The notes beneath the pieces were generated by a model. The model was not told the DNA's origin and searched no databases. It saw only the letters and a list, made by a program, of their open reading frames with translations. Both the position numbers and the translations under genes were made by a program. A stretch of 64,000 nucleotides of DNA. Source: a virus. The stretch is from the IMG/VR virus record IMGVR_UViG_3300009177_000720; one strand, written 5' to 3'. Shown here piece by piece: positions 63,732 to 64,000 of this stretch. How positions within the stretch are numbered: the stretch's first letter is position 1; each line of letters opens with the position of its first letter.

Positions 63732-64000
63732 GGATACAATCTCCTAACAAAGCTGTTGCAATTAAGATAGCGGCAAATAACAGTGGACCCCAAAGAATTG
63801 GTGGGAGCACAGTTGACTTGCAGTACTTCTCAAATTCTTTTTGCTGCCAATACTCTTCGGCCATCTTGGCATTGTATGATTCATGAGCACAATCGTAACT
63901 ACAGAACCATGGACCTTTATCCCAGCTTGGTGGGCCGAAGGCTCGCCGTCTCCAGCCCCTGGTTTCCATGTCTGCAATAATGGCATCATAGACAGGGCCA
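63718..64000 (-). CDS. hypothetical membrane protein, C-terminal part (frame open to window edge)
   Basis: Frame stays open upstream of ATG 63969; C-terminal TM helix. Confidence 0.55.
   Translation of the reverse strand, partial: GPVYDAIIADMETRGWRRRAFGPPSWDKGPWFCSYDCAHESYNAKMAEEYWQQKEFEKYCKSTVLPPILWGPLLFAAILIATALLGDCIHARL

Noticed and set aside
1-64000. Alternative genetic code or stop-codon reassignment
   Set aside because: Conserved enzymes are full length in the standard code, genes abut tightly, and no suppressor tRNA was seen
1-64000. Eukaryotic giant virus origin (suggested by organellar PheRS, PARP and Kelch genes)
   Set aside because: Sigma70 promoters, SD sites, overlapping operons, CCA-encoding tRNAs, rIIA/rIIB and GroES point to a bacteriophage

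Overview
This window looks like part of a large (jumbo or huge) tailed bacteriophage genome, not a cellular chromosome. About 95 tightly packed genes lie almost entirely on the minus strand. They include rIIA/rIIB, PseT-like polynucleotide kinases, an RNA ligase, NAD-dependent DNA ligase, a UvrD helicase, GroES, an HNH nuclease and many hypothetical proteins, with bacterial-type promoters, Shine-Dalgarno (SD) sites and terminators. There are 12 CCA-encoding tRNA genes (Arg x5, Glu x2, His x2, Leu x3). Auxiliary themes: (i) translation and tRNA support (TyrRS, a monomeric mitochondrial-type PheRS, Thg1, Pth2, two RlmN-like radical SAM enzymes, an RlaP-like nucleotidyltransferase, a small alarmone hydrolase); (ii) a near-complete NAD+/ADP-ribose cycle (WGR-PARP, macrodomain, NADAR, ARH/DraG, NAMPT, NMNAT-Nudix, SLOG); (iii) host-like metabolism (Pit + DUF47, PurA, PyrE, two IscA, thioredoxin, GspS family, glycosyl and pyruvyl transferases); (iv) two MoxR AAA+ paralogs with one VWA partner. 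Patterns not explained by the gene list: a covarying RGAGA-loop hairpin over the ribosome-binding sites of both NAD-salvage genes; a shared 11-residue C-terminal motif on six otherwise unrelated proteins; sigma70-like promoters with a recurrent 16-bp spacer; a second TG(A/T)TATAT upstream motif; and tRNAs that all carry A37, including a rare Leu(AAG). All product calls come from motif recognition by eye; no database searches were run.
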